Source of the DNA: Vicugna vicugna
Lineage: Eukaryota
Assembly: GCA_013265495.1 (NCBI GenBank)
Contig: MU061578.1
Span: 71,308 to 135,307, forward strand
Direction of reading: 5' to 3'
DNA length: 64,000 nt
Part shown: in pieces, positions 22,351 through 36,661 of the stretch
How the letters are laid out: each line of letters opens with the position of its first letter
How positions within the stretch are numbered: position 1 is the stretch's first letter
Translations under genes and position numbers: made by a program
Notes under the pieces: model-generated
The model's input: the letters and a program-made list of their open reading frames with translations, nothing else
What the model was told of the DNA's origin: nothing
Databases searched by the model: none

Positions 22351-25169
22351 GCTGACCCGTGCCCCGATTTCCCCTTTATGGAGGAGGAGAGGGAGACTGC
22401 CCTGGCCGGTGGGACTCCACAGGGTCAAGCTGGAGCTGGAAATTTCTTTCCCAAGACCAGCAGAGAGGCACTAATTAGAAGAATGAGTTGAGCCAATGGA
22501 GTAAGAGCCCCAAGATCAAGAATCCAAAAATCAATCTAAAACAGCCACAAGGATCATGGTCCATGCCAGGCACCTAGCCATTCCAACAATTAAGGCTGCA
22601 CTGGTGTTGTGTAGTGGATAAAGTGCCTGCTATCATATCACTGAACTTGTGTTCCAGCTTTACAGAACACTGGGGTCACTGAACCCCCCCGAACCTCAGC
22701 CTCCGGTGCCGCAGACGGAGACTTAAGTGAAGGGAGAAACGCATCACAGCAAAAAGAGACTTGTAGTCTTGAGCTGAAATCCACTCCTTGCCTCTTGCTG
22801 GTCAGCAGAGTTCCTTAAGCTCTCTGAGTGTCCACTGCAACATGGAGAAGACACGGATACAGAAAATATTAGGAACCATGTAATGTTCTCATACTAAATT
22901 AGAGGGAGCTCAGGTTCTTCAAACCCAGTTCTGTTCCCCATTTGCTGCTAGAGAGAGAGCTGACATTATCTTTGGGTCTCTCGGCTTTGAACGGCTGCAC
23001 ATCTACATAATGACTTTCCTTTGTTTCTTGGCTGCCTAATTAGTTGAGTTACAGTATTCTCGTGAACTAATGGGCCTCTAGACCCTGGGTCTGGGCACAG
23101 GTATTTTACAGCAGGACTATAGGTGGGCCGGGTGAAGAATCTCTGTGTTTTCCAATTTGGTATACAAGATAGAATTCAGAATGATTCTGGCTTATTTGGA
23201 TGTTTGAAGAACAGGGCAGGGCCTCCCAGGAAAGTAGGAGGAGGAATTAGCTGCCCTTTCCCCCTTCTATATTGCTAAAATTTCCTTCCTTTCCCCCACC
23301 ATGTAATTCTGCATGGATGCGGGTGGTTACAGGGGAAGGTGAGAAAGCTTGTTGAATTAATGTAGGAAATTACTGTAAATTGTGGAGGTGACAGAATCTT
23401 TGTGAAAACCACCCTCTCTGCATGATGCTTGGCTTAGAATATTATCTGCCTTCAGTGCACTGGTCAGCTGGACAAGAACAGCACCTAAATTTCACTGCCA
23501 AGTCATCTCTGTCCTAATGTGCAGGCCCTTAGGACCACAGCAAAGGAGGGCGAGGAACTTGAAACAGTAACAAATATTACCTTGATTTTGATCCATAGAG
23601 TAGATGCTCAATTAAGTATATATTGGATGAAAACAAAAATCTATCAACCAACACGATGCTGTGGATCTATCTAATGGGCATTCAACAGTTATTGAATATC
23701 AAAGTTCTACGGCCTTGGATGACTTGATTAACGTCTCTGAATTCTGTTTGTGATGTCTCTTCCATCTCACATTTTACGAATTCATGATTGTTAATTAGAA
23801 TTCATAACTTCCTATTTTATGAGTTTAGGCATATTCATCTTAAATTTTTTCTGGAATGAGGCAGAGGAAATGAAGAAAGAAAAAGAAAAGTGGAAAGGGT
23901 AAGTCTGTTTAACTGTGCTGTATTTTCCGTGGAGCAGTATTTGAGAAGAGGAGACGGGATTTGACCATATGATCGTTCATTGGATAAAGCGCCACAGAAG
24001 TGACTGCAGCCGTGGATACCTCACTCTCCATGGTGCTGAAGGTCACAGACTGGGATCCAGGCCTGTGGATGTTCACCTTTCATCCTGAAGGCAGCGGCTT
24101 ACGCCTCTTTTGTAAGAGCCTGACGTTAGGAGATAGTTCGGACTCCAGGAGTAACAGGAATTTGCATTTCTGTTCCAGAGGGAAGCAGCTCCCTTCAGAT
24201 TCTTGAAAATGACATGGAGACCGTCCCAAGTCACTTCCCCCACCCCTGGAACAGCCTGGTTATATTAGTGAATTTTAGGATCACTGAAATGTAATCTTTG
24301 ATTTACATAATCTCTTGACCACAGTAGATGTTGCTGCATTCCTAATTTCCACCCCCCCCCGTAATGTAATACTATTTTAAAGTAACAGCTCTTTCCTATT
24401 TATATCTGCCTGGAAAGGAGAGTACACAGGTATACAGCTGGGGCTCTGCCCTGCTTGCTGGTCTGAGTTTCCAGAACACAGACTATCCCATCTCAACCAC
24501 TTAAGGTTATCCTTAGTCCTCTTCTCCCGAAGTCATTATCCATTCTCCAATGTGCCTAGAACACCTTTGGATTAAAGTCTTCAATTCTAAACCTGCATTC
24601 AAGGCTGTGCAAGAGTCCTGGTCATTTGCTTGACTATCAGTTCTATTCCTTTTCTGGGCAATGATTCCATCCACTCTGCACATTTTAATTTTTACTGCAC
24701 GAGGCTGGGCTGCAGGTCAACTCACAAAGCATTTTGTAACAGAGGTCCTTCAAAGTTGTGTGAACTCCAGTTGGCTTCTGGAAAGCAGTGATAAAGCGAA
24801 ATCAACAAAGAGTTCTGAGCCTTGGGGGACAGCTGTGCCAGAACAAAAAGATCCATTGTCTGGCTGCATCAGTGGCCAGCCAGAGACAAGGGGACGGCAG
24901 AAATGCAGAATTCTGTGTGAGATGATAGGCCCTGTCTGCGCTGTAATCAGCTAAAAGGAAGCAGCTGTGGGGCAGATTTTGGGATGGGAGGTAGGGAAGG
25001 GGGTGTAATCAGAGATGGGAGGCCTGTGTGGAGATTGCTTTGGCTGGGGTGGTGGACAGGAGGATGCTCTTCAGTTAGTGATGAGCCCCTTGTTACCAGC
25101 TCGCTTAGTTCTCCTAAGAGCTTTGAGAGGAAGGAATTCTTCCTGGTAGGTGAGGAAACAAACACATGG

Positions 25170-25650
25170 AGGTTAAAATAACTGCCAAACAGTGTTACTT
25201 GGAGCAGGTTAAGCTGGTTTAACAGAGACCCCCTCCCGCAATTCAGAGGCTTAAAGAACAAGGAAGTCTCCTTCTCTCTGCTGACCTAGTCCAGGGGGAA
25301 TGTTCCAGAGCAGGTAGGTGGCTTGCCTCCAAACGGTCATTCATGGTCTCAAATTCTTTACACTTACTAGTGGCTGTGCCATCCCCTGGGGCCATGCTGT
25401 CATTCCCGGTAACTAATCAATCGTAACTACAGGAAGGTCACACATGCTAGAGTTTATGCAAACACACACACACATGCACATGTCCAATTCCATTATTTTG
25501 GTGAGATCTTCCACCCATTTTCAGAAGGGCTATCAAATGTAGGGTGTGAGTCCCAGGCTGGGCAGCCGCATCTCGGCTTGAACTCCACTGCTAGTGCAGA
25601 TTGAGACGGGGGGTTTTGGTAGACACCCAGACCCTCATCTCTTTACATTG
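25170..25650 (-). mobile_element. MLT1 (I/J-like) LTR fragment
   Basis: 'aattcagaggcttaaagaacaaggaagtctccttctctctg...tgtccaattccattattttgg'. Confidence 0.55.
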
Positions 25651-26549
25651 ACTACTCTTTTCCCAGGCTTTGAATGACAGTTTCTATCCTTCAGTCTCAG
25701 GTCACGTGTCACCTCATAGAGCTGGCCCCTCCCTCGCCTTCATCTGGAGTTTTCTGTCTTCGATCTCAGCCAAGTAGGAGTCATCAATCTGAACCGGGAG
25801 CTTTCTGAGACGGTTTCCTGGTTTGATTTTCTCCCTGGGCTTGGGGAGGCCATGGAAGGAGAGAAAGAGTGCAACCAACCCTCCTGCAAATATTGTTAAA
25901 GAAGAGAAGGCAAAGTAAGAGGCCGCTGGCTGGGAGCAGCACTACAGCATCGATCGGGTAATTGGAAGCCCTCGGGTGTGAGTCCTCATTAAGGCGGAGG
26001 GATATGGATCATTTTCTAATGACACCTCTTTGATCCCAGCAGCTCAGCATGCAACCTGCCTCCACGGTTGGGCTGCAAGTCAGGAGAGCTGGCGGGGTCT
26101 GCAGCCAGGCTGCCTGCCATATGTTGTTTCTTATAATTAGCAGGTGCTGGGGGTGTGGGCTGGGCACCCAGAGGGCAAGGTGGCTGCCTGTGCCAGGGAA
26201 GTTCCCATGAGCCAGCCCCAGAACTCGGGAAGAGAAAGAGGGTGGCTAGCGGGTGACGGATGGTCCCTGGGGCTCTATGATGTGATGGTCAGGGCGGAAA
26301 CCTCTGTCTGGGGATAGTTTTATTCCTCAATTTACGGCTTCCTGCTGCAAATCGATAAATTTTCATTCCTGGAATTGTAGTCATTCTGATAGGTCTGTGG
26401 AGGGAGATATTTTGGGATGGTTCTTTTGATGTGTACTATCACATCATGGAAAGAACCATAAAAATAGTAGTCATTCTCTGAATAGTCAGTCATTAATGGT
26501 ATTGATTATATTTTCCCCAGTGTTTTGGTTTGCAGATTTTTCTTTGGGT

Positions 26550-27415
26550 TCAAAATTTTCAAACAATGAAATGCATCAATCTTAAATGTACATTAGGCAA
26601 ACCTTTATAAATGCACACACCTGTGTGTTACCCAAACCCTTATCATACTATAGAATATTTTCATTACTCCAGAGAGTTCCCTTCCCAGTAGGTTCCCCTT
26701 TACCCTCAAGAGGCAAACACTGTTCTGATTTTTCTGTCATCCATAACTCTTTCTGTTCTCAGATTTCACAGGAATGGAATCATGCACTGTATACTGTTTT
26801 GTTTATGATGCGTTCACTCAGTGTGATGCTCTTAAGAGCTGTCCATGCTGTTGCATGTATCAGCAGGTTATTCCTTTGTCTTGCTGAGTAGTATTCCATT
26901 GTATTGATATACCACAGTCTGCTGATACATTCTCCTATTGAGACACATCTGGCTGTGTGTCTAGTTATAAGCTATTATAAATAAAGCTGTTATGAAATTT
27001 TTTTGAACCAGTCTTTTTGTGAATGTATGTTTTCTTTATCCTGAGTAAATATTTTGAGGGTGGAATTGTTGGATCATAGGGTCAATATATGTTCAGATTT
27101 CTAAAAAACTGCTAGACTTTTTTTCCCCCACAGGAGCTGTATAAGCAATGTATTTCCAAAGTAACATGTAAGAGTTTCTGTTGCTTCACAATCTCATTAA
27201 CGTGGTGTTGTCAGTTTTTTGTTTGTTTGTTTGTTTTAAATTTAGCCATTCTGGTGGATGTGAAGTGGTGTTTCATTTAGTTTTAATGTGTTTTCCCTGA
27301 TGACTTTGGAGGTTGAACCATTTTCCTATGCTTATTGGCCACTTGGATATATGGAGTGTTTAAAAAAAATCACTGGCCCATTTAGAAAATGGGGTTCTTT
27401 GTTTTTTATTCTGGA
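26550..27415 (-). mobile_element. L1M (L1MC/ME-like) 3' region
   Basis: 'ccatgctgttgcatgtatcagcagg...ttgctgagtagtattccattgta...tttagccattctggtggatgtgaagtgg'. Confidence 0.9.
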
Positions 27416-27429
27416 TAAGAGCATGAACT

Positions 27430-27640
27430 CAATTCAGTGAGATCAGCAGTCATTTCTGGCTCCTCCACTTACCTGTGTGGCCTTGGCAAAGTCACTTTAA
27501 TTCTTTGGGGTATAATTTTCTCATCTATAAAATGGGACTAAATAACAGCAGAACACAGTTGATAGGGTTGTTATAAGGATAAAGGGGACAATGTATTGAA
27601 AGTACGAGGCACAGTGCCTGGAACATTTCAGGATATCAGT
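27430..27640 (+). mobile_element. MIR SINE
   Basis: 'ccacttacctgtgtggccttggcaaagtcacttt...ttctcatctataaaatggga...gcacagtgcctggaaca'. Confidence 0.85.
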
Positions 27641-27703
27641 ACATGGGAAGTTGACTATTGCTCTTGTTTGTGGTCAGTATGGCAAAGCCAGAGCTAGGAA
27701 TTT

Positions 27704-28187
27704 TGCAGGGACCAACTGTTACATACTTGCTGAACCAAAGTGAATTGAAACTACCTCCAAGACTCCTAAAAGCCTTTGTGCTGATGCAGTAGTGATAAAA
27801 AAAGATGTTGGAGGAGAACATTGAGAGGATGTGGCCATGGGCTGACCTGTGAACTGGGCAATTGGAGGCTCCCCACCAACTCCTCTGTCCTTGGAATATA
27901 CATTCTGCCCACCATTCCCACCGTGGGAGTTCCCACATTTGAGGATGCAGCCTTGGGATAGTAAGTGTTGAGACCATCTGGATGAACCCCTCTGAGGTCT
28001 CTCTATAAACTGTTAAGATTCTGGAGGGCAGGTGTGGAGATCTGCTCATTCTGTGGCTGCCCAAGTTAAGCCTCGTATGTTAAGTCCCCTTACTTACTAA
28101 GCCTGCCTCCTCCCAGTCTGGAGTGGTCTGCCTCTCTCTTTGGTTTTTCCTTGCCCTCAGTGTATGGCGGCCAGCTATGAGCCAACA
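27704..28187 (+). mobile_element. ERV-L-class solo LTR (MER74/MER54-like)
   Basis: TATA-like 'ctataaa' and 3' end 'agtctggagtggtctgcctctctctttggtttttccttgccctcagtgtatggcggccagc...ccaaca'. Confidence 0.7.
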
Positions 28188-29884
28188 GACTTTAGAGGTT
28201 TCAAATACTTCCTCAGACTTCACTCCACTTCATGCTTACTGCCATCCTTTCAGGTAGGCATTGTCACCCCCATTTTATAGATTAGGAACCTGAGGCTCAG
28301 AGAAGTGAAGTGATTTGCCCAAACCACACAGCATCTCAGCACTATAGCCAAGGTCTGTACCCATGTGCTCAGACGTCTAACCCAGGCTCCTTCTACCATC
28401 CTGCCTCACGTGGCTCTGAACCAGGCCTCACTCAAGTGCCTCATCTGTAACGTGAAGGGGCTCATTGGAAAGTGAATTCTGAGGCTCCTTCTTGGGTTTG
28501 TATGTCTGGAAGAGAATGGGTTTCATGATGGAAGGAATTCCTCAGGGCAAGCAAATCTTCAGCCAAGGCAGCGGAGAAGGAGAAGTTCCCCAAATCCCTG
28601 TGGATCACATCCAGGCCAGGGCACGGTGTCTTCTGATGTTTGTTTCGCTGAAAGTAGTGGGATTTGCCATTGATCCGGTGGCTAGTATCTTGTAATCCAT
28701 CCCTCCACCCATTCAGTATATTTTTTGCACACTACTGAGTACCAGCTCTGGTGCTAGGCATGGGGGGTCAGGACAACGCAAAAGAGAAGGAAAGGGCCTG
28801 ATGTCATGAAGCTTCCCTCCTAATGGGGAGGAACTGGGTAGAATCAGGAGAGAAAACTACTCCTATGGGACTCTGAAGTTGTCGGCACCTCCTGCCAAGA
28901 AAGGATCATTGATGAGAAAGTGGAAGTTAGAGCTGCCTCTCCCTGAGCTGAAGGCTCAGAGAAAGAGGATCACTGATGTCGCGGTGGCTTCGGGGTTGCC
29001 AGTTCCCAGGTGTATTACATCACTTGGTGCCTTTTTGTTTTGACTCCTCATAATGGGCTGTCTCATCTTCCCTCCTCTCATGGGGCTAGGCACTGGGGAC
29101 TTAACAATGAAGAGAACACCTGAGGTCCTGCCCTCCTGGAGCTTATGGTCTTTGGGAGAGAGGAGCAACCCCTTGGTCACTCCATCTGTGTGTAATTACA
29201 GTTGGGACAGGAGCCATCAGAACACATGGCAGGTGCTGCCTCAGCTTCCTGGAAGAGGTAGGCATGTGTGCTAAGCTCAGAGGGGATGATGGCTTCCTGT
29301 GGGTCAACAGGGTGAAGAGAGGAAAGAACATTCCAGGCAGAGGGCTCATGGCATATTCAAAGATCATATTTGAGATCCCAGGTTACTCTTCTATGTCCAG
29401 AGTGGATGCACACTTGGCCCTTAGTAGACACCTAATGATTGTTTGCTGAACTGAATTAAATCCAGCTCTTTTCTATTCTCCTGATGGGAAACTGAGAGCA
29501 CTAGGCAGTATTTGGAAGGAAAAGGTGACTTCATCTTGGTTAAGTCCATGGAATCTTCTCTCATTCAATTTATTCTAATTAAAAATACTGATTTGTGTCA
29601 TTTATTGGTACCAACTCTGTGCCAAAGACCATGTCAAATATTTGCCACACATTTCAAACCCTAAAGCAATGCTCCAAAGAGGATTGTGCTGCCCCATTTT
29701 GCTAATTAGGAAGCTGAGTCCCCAAGATGTGAAAGGGTGCATTCAGTGCAATAGGACTGGCTCGGGGCTATGCCAGGATTCACGTGTACATGTTTACAAA
29801 GCCCACATTTTCCTCTCCTGTCCCTTGCGGACTGCACCTTTGCTGGAGGTAGGGGGTGGTCCCAGTTAATCTGCTCAAGTTAAA

Positions 29885-30175
29885 TTTGGTTCAAATTGCT
29901 TTCTAATGAAAGCTGTCCAGCCAGGATCTCAGCCAAGATCCCTTATGGAGAAACTGACAGCCAGAGATTGCCAATACAAAGTAATTAATACGGAGTAATG
30001 ATGAGTGATAAGAGATGAAGATCTAAAGTGAACTATTAAACGACAATATCATTTTCTTGTCTTCTTCCCTTATGCACACTGACAGGAAGAGGGTTGACAT
30101 GGTAATTTTATAAAACTCTCTGACACTTCCTGTTAACTCCCCTCCATTAGCTTAGTATGATAATTGGCAAGAACA
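29885..30175. promoter_or_regulatory. Candidate conserved non-coding enhancer
   Basis: Repeat-free. Two ACTGACAG (TGACAG at 29955 and 30080), plus TAATTAAT, TTTTATAA and TAATTGG. Confidence 0.5.
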
Positions 30176-30777
30176 GACACACGAGAAAAGGAAACACACA
30201 CTTGAAAGATGGAGAGGTGCTTCACTACAGGACATGGTACCCTTGTGTCTCTGAGGGCCCAGGATTCCAAATACACTCAAAACAGTAAGTATTTCCTTGG
30301 GCACATCTAGGAGTGGAGAATGTGCTCACCAGAATCTCAAAAGCAGAGGGAAAAATGGACTTTCTACCTCCAATCTTTTGTTTATGTTCTAGCTCCTTCT
30401 GGTACACATCTCTACCTCCCCTCCACTCATCTAAATTTTACCCATCCTTCAAAGCCCAGCTAATTCTCATGTAGCCAAGATTCCTCCATCACATTCTCAC
30501 CTCTCCTGACTTCAAACATATAATTGGAGGCGGGAGACCAGACTTTGGAATTTGCCCAGGACTGTGGGTAACGTGTGAGCCAGGGTCTGGAGTCTCCACT
30601 TCTCAGAGAAATCCTATAACCCAAACTCCTTACTTTTATATGAGGAAATTTGAGCCTAGAGAGGCCCAGGGATTCAAACAAATAAAGCTAAAGTTTGTTG
30701 AGCCATTGGAATTGTCTCTTAGAACTTGATTTTAAAAATTTTGCCTTAGCGACTCAGATTGCAAATAGAAACATCAG

Positions 30778-31194
30778 TGTTATATGGGATGAACCGAATT
30801 GTGTCCTCCTTCCCCATTCATATGTTGAAGTCCCATACCCCTCCCCACCTCCAGTTATGCAGATATGGGTTCTGTTTGGAGATAGGGTCTTAACAGATAG
30901 TGATTAAATTACAAGGAGGTCATTTCAGTGGGCCCTTATCTAAAATGACTGGTGTCCTTATAAGAGGAAATTTGGACACAGACACAGGGAAGACACAGGG
31001 AGAAGACAGCCAACTACAAGCCAAGGAGAGAGGCCTGGAACAAATCCTTCCTTCACGGCCTTCAGAAGGAACCAACTTTGCTGACAACTTGCTCTCACAC
31101 TTCTAGCCTCCAGAACTGTGAGAAAATAGATTTTTGTGGTTTAAGTCACACAATCTGTGGCACTTTGTTACAGCAGCCCTAGCAAACTAATACA
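30778..31194 (+). mobile_element. MLT1B solo LTR
   Basis: 'atgactggtgtccttataagaggaaatttggacacag...ccaaggagagaggcc...gccctagcaaactaataca'. Confidence 0.92.
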
Positions 31195-32132
31195 ATTAGC
31201 CAAAATAAATAATAACACAATTTCAATAAATACAAACCCTTCTGCTGCTCTGAATAGCAGTATCTTTTATTGAGGGCTGGCTCTGTTGTACACATTAACT
31301 CATTTTTTTTTGGAGTCTTTCCTTTGACCACAGCCCAGGTTTCTCTGGTCCTAAAAGTAGAGTATTACTGCAGGCCAGCCATGGTAGGATGAGTGACAAG
31401 TGGCAAATTAGATGAGTCATGGGGCAAGGCTGAGTCCCGGCATCTGTTTTGGGGGAGAAGGGGATAGGAGAAAAGGACTATTTTTAATCAGGTGGCTTGA
31501 CATTTGAAGAGATTGGATTCCAACTCAGAGCACTGCGATTGTATTTCTGCCAAGCCTGGGAACATATGGGTGAGTGAGACAGTCTTTTTGTGTTTTTCCA
31601 GACCCCAAAACATCTCTAAGAAGCCCTGGAGGCCACTGTGTGTGTGACTGGATAGTTCTGTCCTTCACTCATTCATTCACTGATACAAACATTTCGAACA
31701 GCCTTGCAGCATAACTGAAAGAGCATGTCTTTGGATTAAACTTGGCCCTGCCATGTGCTTGCCATGTGCTAGCCATGTGACCTTGGTCAAACCACTTAAC
31801 CTCTCTGAGCCTCCGTTGGGTTGAATTAAGGAGGCCTGTTCCCATTACTGCCAGTGACTCTGACCTGGGATCTTAAGGTAGGGCTAAGAAGATAGAAACC
31901 CATATGACTTGCCAACATCAAATCCCTTAATGATCTACTTGGTGGAAATAGATGTATTGTCAAAGAAGTAAATGTCCACCAAATTTTATATAAATTAAAC
32001 TCACTTCTATGCTGCAATTTCTTCTTTCCTTCCTTCCTCCCTCTCTCTCTTTATCCCTCCCTCCCTTCCTCTCTTCACTTCTTTCTTTTTCTGCAACCAG
32101 CCTTTTTTCCTCCACTGTAACAATCTACTTTC

Positions 32133-32609
32133 TGTTGTGGGTTGAATTACATCTTCTCCAGAAGCTATGATGAAGTCTAACCCTGGTACCTGTGAATGTG
32201 ACCTCCTTTGGAAATGGGGTCTTTGCAGATGTAATTAAGTTATAAGTTAGGATGACGTCAGATTGGAGTAGGGTGGACCCTTAATCCAGTACGACTGGTG
32301 TCCTTCTAAGGAGAGGAGAAGAGACACAGAGATAGGAACACACAGAGAGGAGGGCGCCATGTGAAGATACAGACACACAGAGGGAGGATGGCCATGTGAA
32401 AATGGGGCCAGAGACTGGAGTCTTGCAGCTTCAAACCAAGGAACACCTGGGATTGCTGGAAACCACTCGAAACTAGAAAGAGAGCACAGCCCTGCTGACA
32501 CCTTGATATCAGATTTCTGGCCTCCAGAACTGTGAAATAGTAAGTTTCTGTTGTTCTAAGCCACATAGTTTGTGTGACCTTGTTATGGCCGCCTTAGGAA
32601 ACGAACACA
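32133..32609 (+). mobile_element. MLT1C solo LTR
   Basis: TG...CA termini, 'ggtacctgtgaatgtgacc...ggtctttgcagatgtaattaagtt', and 5-bp TSD ctttc/cttcc. Confidence 0.92.
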
Positions 32610-33689
32610 CTTCCCTCGGGCAGAACTGTCCTCACACGGTGCTGATGCTGGAGTTTTGGCTTGCTTGCCATCTTGGTTCTGAGGTTGGACCCTTATTCAC
32701 CTGCTTCATCACCACCTCCAAAACTTCCCACCACTAAGAATATCTTCAGAATACCCAGGGGAGAACCTTCCAGTGGGCCACTGTGTTCATGCCTTCCTCC
32801 AGGGCTGGATGGTATTAACAAAAGATTTTCTGAGCAACACTTTCCAATAAGGTGCTTGGAATACATCAGTGACCTTCTTTAAGCAAAGAGCTATCATAAG
32901 GAAAAGGCCGCCCACTGCTTCCTTATTTTTATATGGACTCGCTTGACCTCAGCGTGGAGGAAATGTAGTCCTAAACCTTCTGCCTCAAAAGCTCACAAAA
33001 ATCATCTTTCAGCACCTGTCCCGGTTGTGGCTCCTCCTGTCCAGAGCCTGCCCCTTTTCAGGCAGGCCTGATTCCAAATCGTTTGTGGGACAAGGCAAGG
33101 TTGTACCTTGTCTCTAGTCTTATTTATTAGCACATTACGACCACTAATCACAATTAAAAATAACGATGCCATCAAGATTATTCAAATCAGGGACAACCAA
33201 TTTCAACTACCATTACTTGTAGATGGAATTATGGGTCTTGCACTCACTTCAGCACTTTTAAAGGACTCCTTTCTTTCCATTATTCCTCCATCCCCCATCA
33301 GACTCTTGAATTATACCGGGAATTAACTTAATATGTAAAGTCACTTCTAAATGAACCCTGTTCTGCTCCCTTTGCTTTGCCTGCCCTTAAGTCCCTGTAT
33401 CTCCCTTGGTAGCCTTCAAATGTCAAGGCAGGGCATTCTGAGTCCAACATCTGGTATTGTTCTTGTAAACAACATTTTTTTCCCCAGGTAGATGTTTCTT
33501 GGGGTGAGTCAGTGCTTTGCTCGTCTGGGTCATTTATATGGAAATGGCATTCTGCACTTGGTACTTCTAATATGTAGGATGTTTGTTCTTAAAGCATCCA
33601 GGGTTTTCTCATAGCATCAGATGCAGGAAGGCCCCTTCCCCCTGCCCTGGTTCTCTCACTCTCTCTCTCCAGGTCTCTGCAGGGGTGGT

Positions 33690-33980
33690 GGGGAGTGGAG
33701 GAGGGCCTCAGGGGAAACTTCTCTACGAGGTGAAATTTTAGCTGAGAACTGAATCGTGGAAAGAAAGCAGTTTGTAAGGAAACTGGAAATTGCATTTAAG
33801 GCAGAAGCAGCAGCAAGGGTAAAATCCACGAGGTGGGAATGCCCCTGCAGTGTCTGAGTAGCAGAAAGAAGGCTGGTGAGGCTGGGGCATGGCAGGAGTG
33901 GAGGAGTGGTAGAAGACCCAGCCAGAAAGGCAGCAGCGCAGATGGGGCAGGACTCTGTGGGCACAAGAAGAACTCTTGAT
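33690..33980 (-). mobile_element. L2 fragment
   Basis: 'aggtgaaattttagctgagaactgaa...gtgtctgagtagcagaaagaaggctggtgaggctgg'. Confidence 0.7.
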
Positions 33981-34701
33981 ATTGGTTCCTGGTTTATTAA
34001 ATGATGGGGGATTGTTGTCTGAGACACACACGCGCGGGTCACCCTTCCTGGTGATGAGGCACAGTAGAGGAGAAGTGTCCCCTGGAGGAGTAGAGGATCA
34101 TTCAGAGAAGGTCACTTTGACTTCTTCTCCTCACCCTCATCAGTTACTCACCACATCCTTTTGGTAGTGACAGTGGTCATCTGATGCTCCTGTTCCCATC
34201 TCTCCATACTCATCACCTCTGCCCTAGATCCGGTCCCTCAGACTGAGGCTGCCACACTTGCTCCTCCTGCCTCCCATCTCCTTCGGTCTATACCTAGAAT
34301 CTATTCTTCAGTCTGCCCTAAGAGGAGAAACGCAGGCAGTAAGTGCTCTTCCATCACTGACAACATGACAGAATCCTCTCTGCCTTGGCATGTCAGACTC
34401 ACTGGGATTGTTATGTATCCACATTTTTCAAACTCCTAGCTCCCTCCATACACTTCCCTCTACACACACACACACTCTCCTCCCCCTTAGATTTTCAACT
34501 GCTTCTGATACCATTTCCTCAACCTGGACTATTCAACCGCCACCTGCTCCATTTCCTGCCTATGAACTTTCATCTCATTTGTAATGTATGACGGAAGCAC
34601 AAGATTGGGAGCTAGAAAGCCTGAGGGTGAATCTTGGCTCTGACACTTATTAGTCTCTGTGAGTTTCAGGGTACTCACTCATAAAATAGGAACAATGACA
34701 C

Positions 34702-35050
34702 TGTATCATTTGAGATGCTATTGGCTGCAGGTAACGGAAAACATATTCAATAGTGGCTTACACAAAAAAATTGGAGTCCCAGAGTTGAGGGAGTGAGTAA
34801 ACTTTTCCCAGAAGCTCTGCAGTGAGCTTTCCATTGTATTTTGATGGCCAGAGCTGAGTCACATGCTTGCACTTTGCCAAGTGCTTGAGCTCATGATCAG
34901 TGGCTTAGAGAAATCAAGAGTTACTCTTTAAGCTGGGAAGAGGACCATATTTCACGTGGCCAAGTGGAGGATGGTGAACTAGATGGCATCTTTCTCCTCA
35001 AGCAGGAAGATGGTGGTTGGCTTTTGGACAGGAAACCAAATGTCTAACAC
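34702..35050 (-). mobile_element. MLT1J-like LTR inserted in a MIR
   Basis: MIR core ends 'cataaaataggaacaatgacac' and resumes 'cttggagggttgctgtaaggatgaaatgagatgatgtg'. The interval begins 'tgtatcatttgagatgctattggctgcaggtaac'. Confidence 0.7.
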
Positions 35051-36661
35051 AAGAAATTGCCTTGGAGGGTTGCTGTAAGGATGAAATGAGATGATGTGTT
35101 AAAGCCAGTACAGCATTAGGCTTTATAACAGGAGCTCACTGGATGGTAGGGACTTATTATGACCAACCTTAAGTGTTTCCTCGTCTTTGAAGACTTCTCC
35201 AGTCCTTCTGGATGGGATGATTGACGCCTCCTTTGAGACTCACACAGAACACTGAGCTCATCTTTACGCTGGGAGGACTCAGTGCAGGATTGGAGTTCAA
35301 GCCATACATTGGCCTCGAACCTAACTTCCAAATCATTCTGGAACTTGATGATTAGCTACACTTTTCTCTGATTTCCCAGGACCTGGCATGCAGTTGGTGC
35401 CCAGTTAATAGATCTGAATAAAACTGTGTTGAGTGTAGAAAGGTGCAGTGGAGGAGAAGGGAAAGAATACTCTAAATAGAGTAAAGGCCCAGTCACAGAG
35501 TCATTATAATAGCGTCGGATTCTCTGGCAGTAACCTAACCAATGTCATTGTCTTTCACTTTGTCTTTGTCCTTCTCTTGGCCAAGCATTTCTGGTGTTTA
35601 TTGCCCCTATAAAGAGTGTAAAGATGAGACAAGGCTGCCACTTGGCCACAATATAGAGAGAAGGCCATGCCCTCTCTTAGTTACCCTTCTTTCTCTGTCC
35701 CACTTGCTGGCTTTTTAGTTTTTGCTTTAATGTGCTCAACATCATAAAATTTGATAAAGGAAATTTAAAAAAAAAAGCAGGAATTGATTTTAAAAAAGGT
35801 GACACATGACAAAGTATCAGGAAAGGAAGGGGGTGGATAGGGACTTTGAGCTACATCTCTCATCACACCACCTCCTGCCTCCACAGGGATTTATCTGGCT
35901 GGAAATGAGGTTTCCAGGGACCTCTTCAGTGGCAGATACATGGGGAAGGAGCTTCTATGATGCTGCCATATTTTCTGTCTTCTACCATGTGGAGTAACCA
36001 TTCTGTTCACAGCAGACTGGGAGTCCCATTCTCCTTCCAGAGTATCAAACTGAGGTCCACAAAGCACCCATTTACTTATTTTTAAAAACATTACATGAAT
36101 GATAAAAATAAACCTTCTGGGTATAATTCAAGCACTTCAACTCAACATGAGAGGAACTCTTTCTCCAGCCTTAGCACCTACCGATCTTGTATACTCAGCG
36201 TGTGCACCAGCCCTAATGAATATTTTCTGCTCTTTCTCACCTCTGTGTCCTGACACCTCCACCTGGAACGTATTTCTCAGCATCTCCCAAGTGTGTGCAT
36301 GTACACACACACACACACAGGTCTGGCCAATTTCATCTCATTCTACAAGTTTCTTTCTTTTTTCTTTTCTTTCCTTCCTCCCTCCCTCCCTTCCTTCCTC
36401 CTTTCCTTCCTTTCATATATTAAGCAGTTTATTTACAAATAAAGTGAGCACAAGCTTTTTCATTCTACAAGTTTCTGATGTCACTTTCTCTACAAAGCTA
36501 CCCTTGATCTCCCATGTATGATCACGAATCCCACCCCATGGTTCCCAAGCCCTCGCCCCTAGTTTACCCCTACGATACTATAGTTAGGACAGTGCTTTGT
36601 AATTTCCTTTTGCTCTCCTGCCTGCTAAGCCCCTCAAGGGCAGGAACTTGAGTTTATTCTT

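Noticed and set aside
27636..28064. 142-aa minus-strand ORF
   Set aside because: Lies antisense within a MER74/54-like LTR; no domain similarity recognised.
31750..31782. Triple 11-bp 'gccatgtgct' repeat
   Set aside because: Ordinary slippage inside a MIR core.
33009..33029. REST/RE1 site (ttcagcacc)
   Set aside because: Only the left half-site is present; the GGACAG half is absent at canonical spacing.
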